Assembly (NCBI GenBank): GCA_025450195.1 | Contig: JANWHW010000018.1 | Span: forward strand, 3,174-67,173 | Length of the DNA: 64,000 nucleotides | Reading direction: 5' to 3' | From: Solirubrobacterales bacterium | GTDB taxonomy: Bacteria > Actinomycetota > Thermoleophilia > Solirubrobacterales > 70-9 | Shown here: positions 61,744 through 64,000 of the stretch, one piece after another | How the letters are laid out: every line of letters starts with the position of its first letter | Position numbering within the stretch: position 1 is the stretch's first letter | Made by a program: the position numbers and the translations under genes | Notes under the pieces: generated by a model | What the model saw: the letters and a program-made list of their open reading frames with translations, nothing else | Database searches by the model: none | What the model was told of the DNA's origin: nothing

Positions 61744-62453
61744 GGCTGGCGGGTCGGGCGGATCAGGATCTCGTTGACGTCGACGCCGGGCGGCTGCTCC
61801 AGCGCGAACATCACCGCTCGGGCGATGTCATCGTCGCTGAGCGCCCAATCGCCGGGCCGGTTGTCGAAGAATGGCGTGTCGGTCATCCCGGGCTCGATCA
61901 AGGTGACGCGGATGTCGTGGTTCTCGTGCATCTGGCGCAGCTCGGCCCGCAGGGCCTCGCCGATCGCCGTTGCCGCCCACTTCGTAGCCGAGTAGAGCGA
62001 ACCAGGCAGCACCCGCCGGCCGGCGACCGAGCTGGTGACCAGGAAGTGGCCGTCGCCACGCTCGAGTAGGTGGGGGAGGGTGGCGCGGATGGTCAAAGCG
62101 ACGCCGTAGACGTTGGTCAAGACCATCGAGCGCCAGTGCTCGACCGACTCCTCCAGGAAGCCGCGGCTGGCGCCGAAGCCGGCGTTTGCGAAGACGGCGT
62201 CGATCTGGCCGAAGCCCTCCAGCGTGGCGGCGCTCATCGCCTCCACCTGGTCCCACTCGGTCACGTCGCACTGGATTGCGATGGCGCGGTCGCCGCCGCC
62301 AAGCTCGGCCGCCAGCTCTTGCAACGGCTCCAGCCGGCGCGCAGCCAGTGCCAGCCGGTGGGTCTTCGCCGCGGCTCGCGCGGTGGCGGCGCCGATCCCG
62401 CTGCTGGCGCCGGTGATCAGCAGGACAGGGTCAGTGGACTGGTCGCCCGCCAT
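61737..62453 (-). CDS. short-chain dehydrogenase/reductase (SDR)
   Basis: TGASSGIGAA cofactor motif and YSATKWA catalytic motif. The ATG at 62453 is preferred as the start. Confidence 0.9.
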   Translation of the reverse strand: MAGDQSTDPVLLITGASSGIGAATARAAAKTHRLALAARRLEPLQELAAELGGGDRAIAIQCDVTEWDQVEAMSAATLEGFGQIDAVFANAGFGASRGFLEESVEHWRSMVLTNVYGVALTIRATLPHLLERGDGHFLVTSSVAGRRVLPGSLYSATKWAATAIGEALRAELRQMHENHDIRVTLIEPGMTDTPFFDNRPGDWALSDDDIARAVMFALEQPPGVDVNEILIRPTRQPI

Positions 62454-62517
62454 CTGGCGATTCTGGCAGATCGCGTCATCTGGTCCGACGGGCAGGCCTT
62501 GCGATAATCCCGCCTTC

Positions 62518-62931
62518 GTGGATCCCCAGCGCAAGAGGAAGATCCGGTTGGTGGTGGCGCTGAGCGTCGCGGTTCTGCTTGCCGCGGCGCTCGTCTACAC
62601 GTCATTCAGCGCTTCGACTGAGACGAGGGAGCCCTCTCAGCTGATCGGTGCGGCCTCCGGCATCAGCTATGACATGACCGGCAAGGTGGTCACGGGCTCG
62701 GTCCGCCACGAGGGGGATGACCTGAGCTTCACGGTCGCCGACCGTGACGACCCGTCCCAGAGCATTCCGGTCACATACAGCGGCACCATCCCGGATCCCT
62801 TCCGCGGCGGCCGCGAGATCATTCTCACCGGCGAGGTCAAGGACGGCGTCTTCTTAGGGGAGCGCGACACCTTGATAACCAAGTGCCCGTCGAAGTTCAC
62901 GACCGAGAGCCCCACTGCGAATGACAGCTAG
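62518..62931 (+). CDS. ccmE: cytochrome c maturation heme chaperone CcmE, Cys-type variant
   Basis: N-terminal TM segment, an OB-fold region (VTYSGTIPDPFRGGREIILTGEV), and KCPSKF where canonical CcmE has KHDENY. The GTG at 62518 is taken as the start. Confidence 0.85.
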   Translation: MDPQRKRKIRLVVALSVAVLLAAALVYTSFSASTETREPSQLIGAASGISYDMTGKVVTGSVRHEGDDLSFTVADRDDPSQSIPVTYSGTIPDPFRGGREIILTGEVKDGVFLGERDTLITKCPSKFTTESPTANDS

Positions 62932-64000
62932 CGTCGGCGGCGCTGCGCTGGCGCTGGCCTTCTGCGTTGCCATCTTTGCGGCCGTCGCTGCGCTGGCGGG
63001 GCGACGGGGGGCGCACCGCTGGATCGACCTTTCGCGCCGTGCCGTCTACGCGCTGTGCGCGCTGCTCACCCTGTGCGTCGTCCTGATCGAGATCGCCTTT
63101 GCCGGTAATGATTTCTCGCTCGAGATAGTCCAGCAGCACTCCTCGATCGACACCCCGGCCTTCTACAAGCTGGGGGCGATGTGGTCGAGCCAGGAGGGCT
63201 CGTTGCTGTTGTGGGCATGGGTCCTCTCGATCGCCTCTTCGGCGGCTCTCTACGCGACCCGGACGAAGCTGCGCGAGGTCGTTCCCTATGCGACCGCGGT
63301 GATGGCGGGCATCGCGGCCTTCTTCACCGGGCTGATGCTGTTCGCCGGTGGGGTCAACCCGTTTACGACGGTGACTTCGGTGCCGGTTGACGGGCTCGGC
63401 CTCAACCCGCTGCTTCAGCACCCGAGCATGATGATCCACCCGCCGATGCTCTATTCGGGGTACGTGGCATTCACGATCCCGTTCGCGTTTGCGATCGGTG
63501 CCCTCGCCGCCCGCCGCCTCGACGCGACCTGGATTCGCTCGACTCGCCGCTTTGCGCTGATTGCCTGGGCCTTCCTCGGTCTCGGCCTCTTGCTCGGCGC
63601 TCGCTGGTCCTACACCGAGCTGGGCTGGGGGGGCTACTGGGCTTGGGACCCAGTCGAGAACGCCGCTCTGATGCCGTGGCTGATCGGTACCGCGTTCCTG
63701 CACTCGATCATGGTTCAGGAGAAGCGGGGGATGTTGAAGGTCTGGAACGTCTCGCTGATCGTCGCCGCCTTCGGCTTGGCCCTGCTTGGCACCTTCCTCG
63801 TCCGCTCCGGAGTCCTCGAGTCGATTCATGCCTTCGGGGACAGCACGGTCGGTCCCTACATCCTCGGCCTGATCGCGGTCGTGCTGATCGGCTCGACGGC
63901 GCTGATCGTCTCGCGTCTCGACGACCTGCGCTCGGAGAAGCGAATCGACTCCCTCGCCTCGCGCGAGGCGGTCTTCCTGGTCAACAACCTGCTGCTGGTG
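62921..64000 (+). CDS. ccmF: cytochrome c-type biogenesis protein CcmF (5' part; runs off the window)
   Basis: Open frame from the ATG at 62921, not in the ORF track because there is no stop codon. Carries YKLGAMWSSQEGSLLLW and the WGGYWAWDPVENAALMPW WWD-type heme-handling motif. Confidence 0.88.
   Translation, partial: MTASVGGAALALAFCVAIFAAVAALAGRRGAHRWIDLSRRAVYALCALLTLCVVLIEIAFAGNDFSLEIVQQHSSIDTPAFYKLGAMWSSQEGSLLLWAWVLSIASSAALYATRTKLREVVPYATAVMAGIAAFFTGLMLFAGGVNPFTTVTSVPVDGLGLNPLLQHPSMMIHPPMLYSGYVAFTIPFAFAIGALAARRLDATWIRSTRRFALIAWAFLGLGLLLGARWSYTELGWGGYWAWDPVENAALMPWLIGTAFLHSIMVQEKRGMLKVWNVSLIVAAFGLALLGTFLVRSGVLESIHAFGDSTVGPYILGLIAVVLIGSTALIVSRLDDLRSEKRIDSLASREAVFLVNNLLLV

Overview
This is a high-G+C bacterial chromosome segment, Actinomycetota-like by gene content and synteny (inference only), and it is mostly densely packed housekeeping operons. 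The clearly supported blocks are listed below.

- **Phosphate and polyphosphate supercluster (about 6.4-19.6 kb):** Pho-box-like repeats, pstSCAB-phoU, ppx, two CHAD ORFs, a PHP-glycosyltransferase fusion, ppk1, and a DUF47-PiT pair.
- **Tad-pseudopilin-like cluster (20.1-22.9 kb):** it ends in a TadG-like/M15 peptidase/lytic transglycosylase fusion.
- **Central housekeeping run:** uvrC-rapZ, then gap-pgk-tpiA-gpmI-tgt, a Ser/Thr kinase operon and argS.
- **Cytochrome c maturation genes at two loci:** ccmH-ccmG, and ccmE-ccmF.
- **tRNA-Gly-bounded segment (45.8-58.3 kb):** it carries a ZIP transporter, an ABC exporter, an alcohol dehydrogenase and a complete Kdp system. The Kdp genes are in the order kdpF-A-C-B and KdpD is split into two genes.
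- **Divergent pair:** an ArsR regulator and a 996-aa secreted four-module protein.

Lower-G+C accessory patches lie at about 3.2-6.5 kb (IS transposase, XRE regulator, mini zinc-ribbon protein, degenerate tRNA, MITE-like element) and about 22.9-25.7 kb (large inverted repeat, GNAT-like ORF, Abi-alpha-like ORF, frameshifted small gene).

The most unusual signal is a shared nucleotide element inserted in frame, in the same reading frame, into both uvrC and pgk. Both inserts contain GAATCAGAYATGGAT followed by CTCCCGCGTCCG, each inside its own hairpin. A reverse-complement partial copy sits at the window start next to a palindromic REP-like repeat. That repeat is also tandemly duplicated exactly at an ATGA stop/start junction of an ABC operon.

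All coordinates of small features were counted by hand. All family assignments are by eye from the supplied translations, with no searches run.
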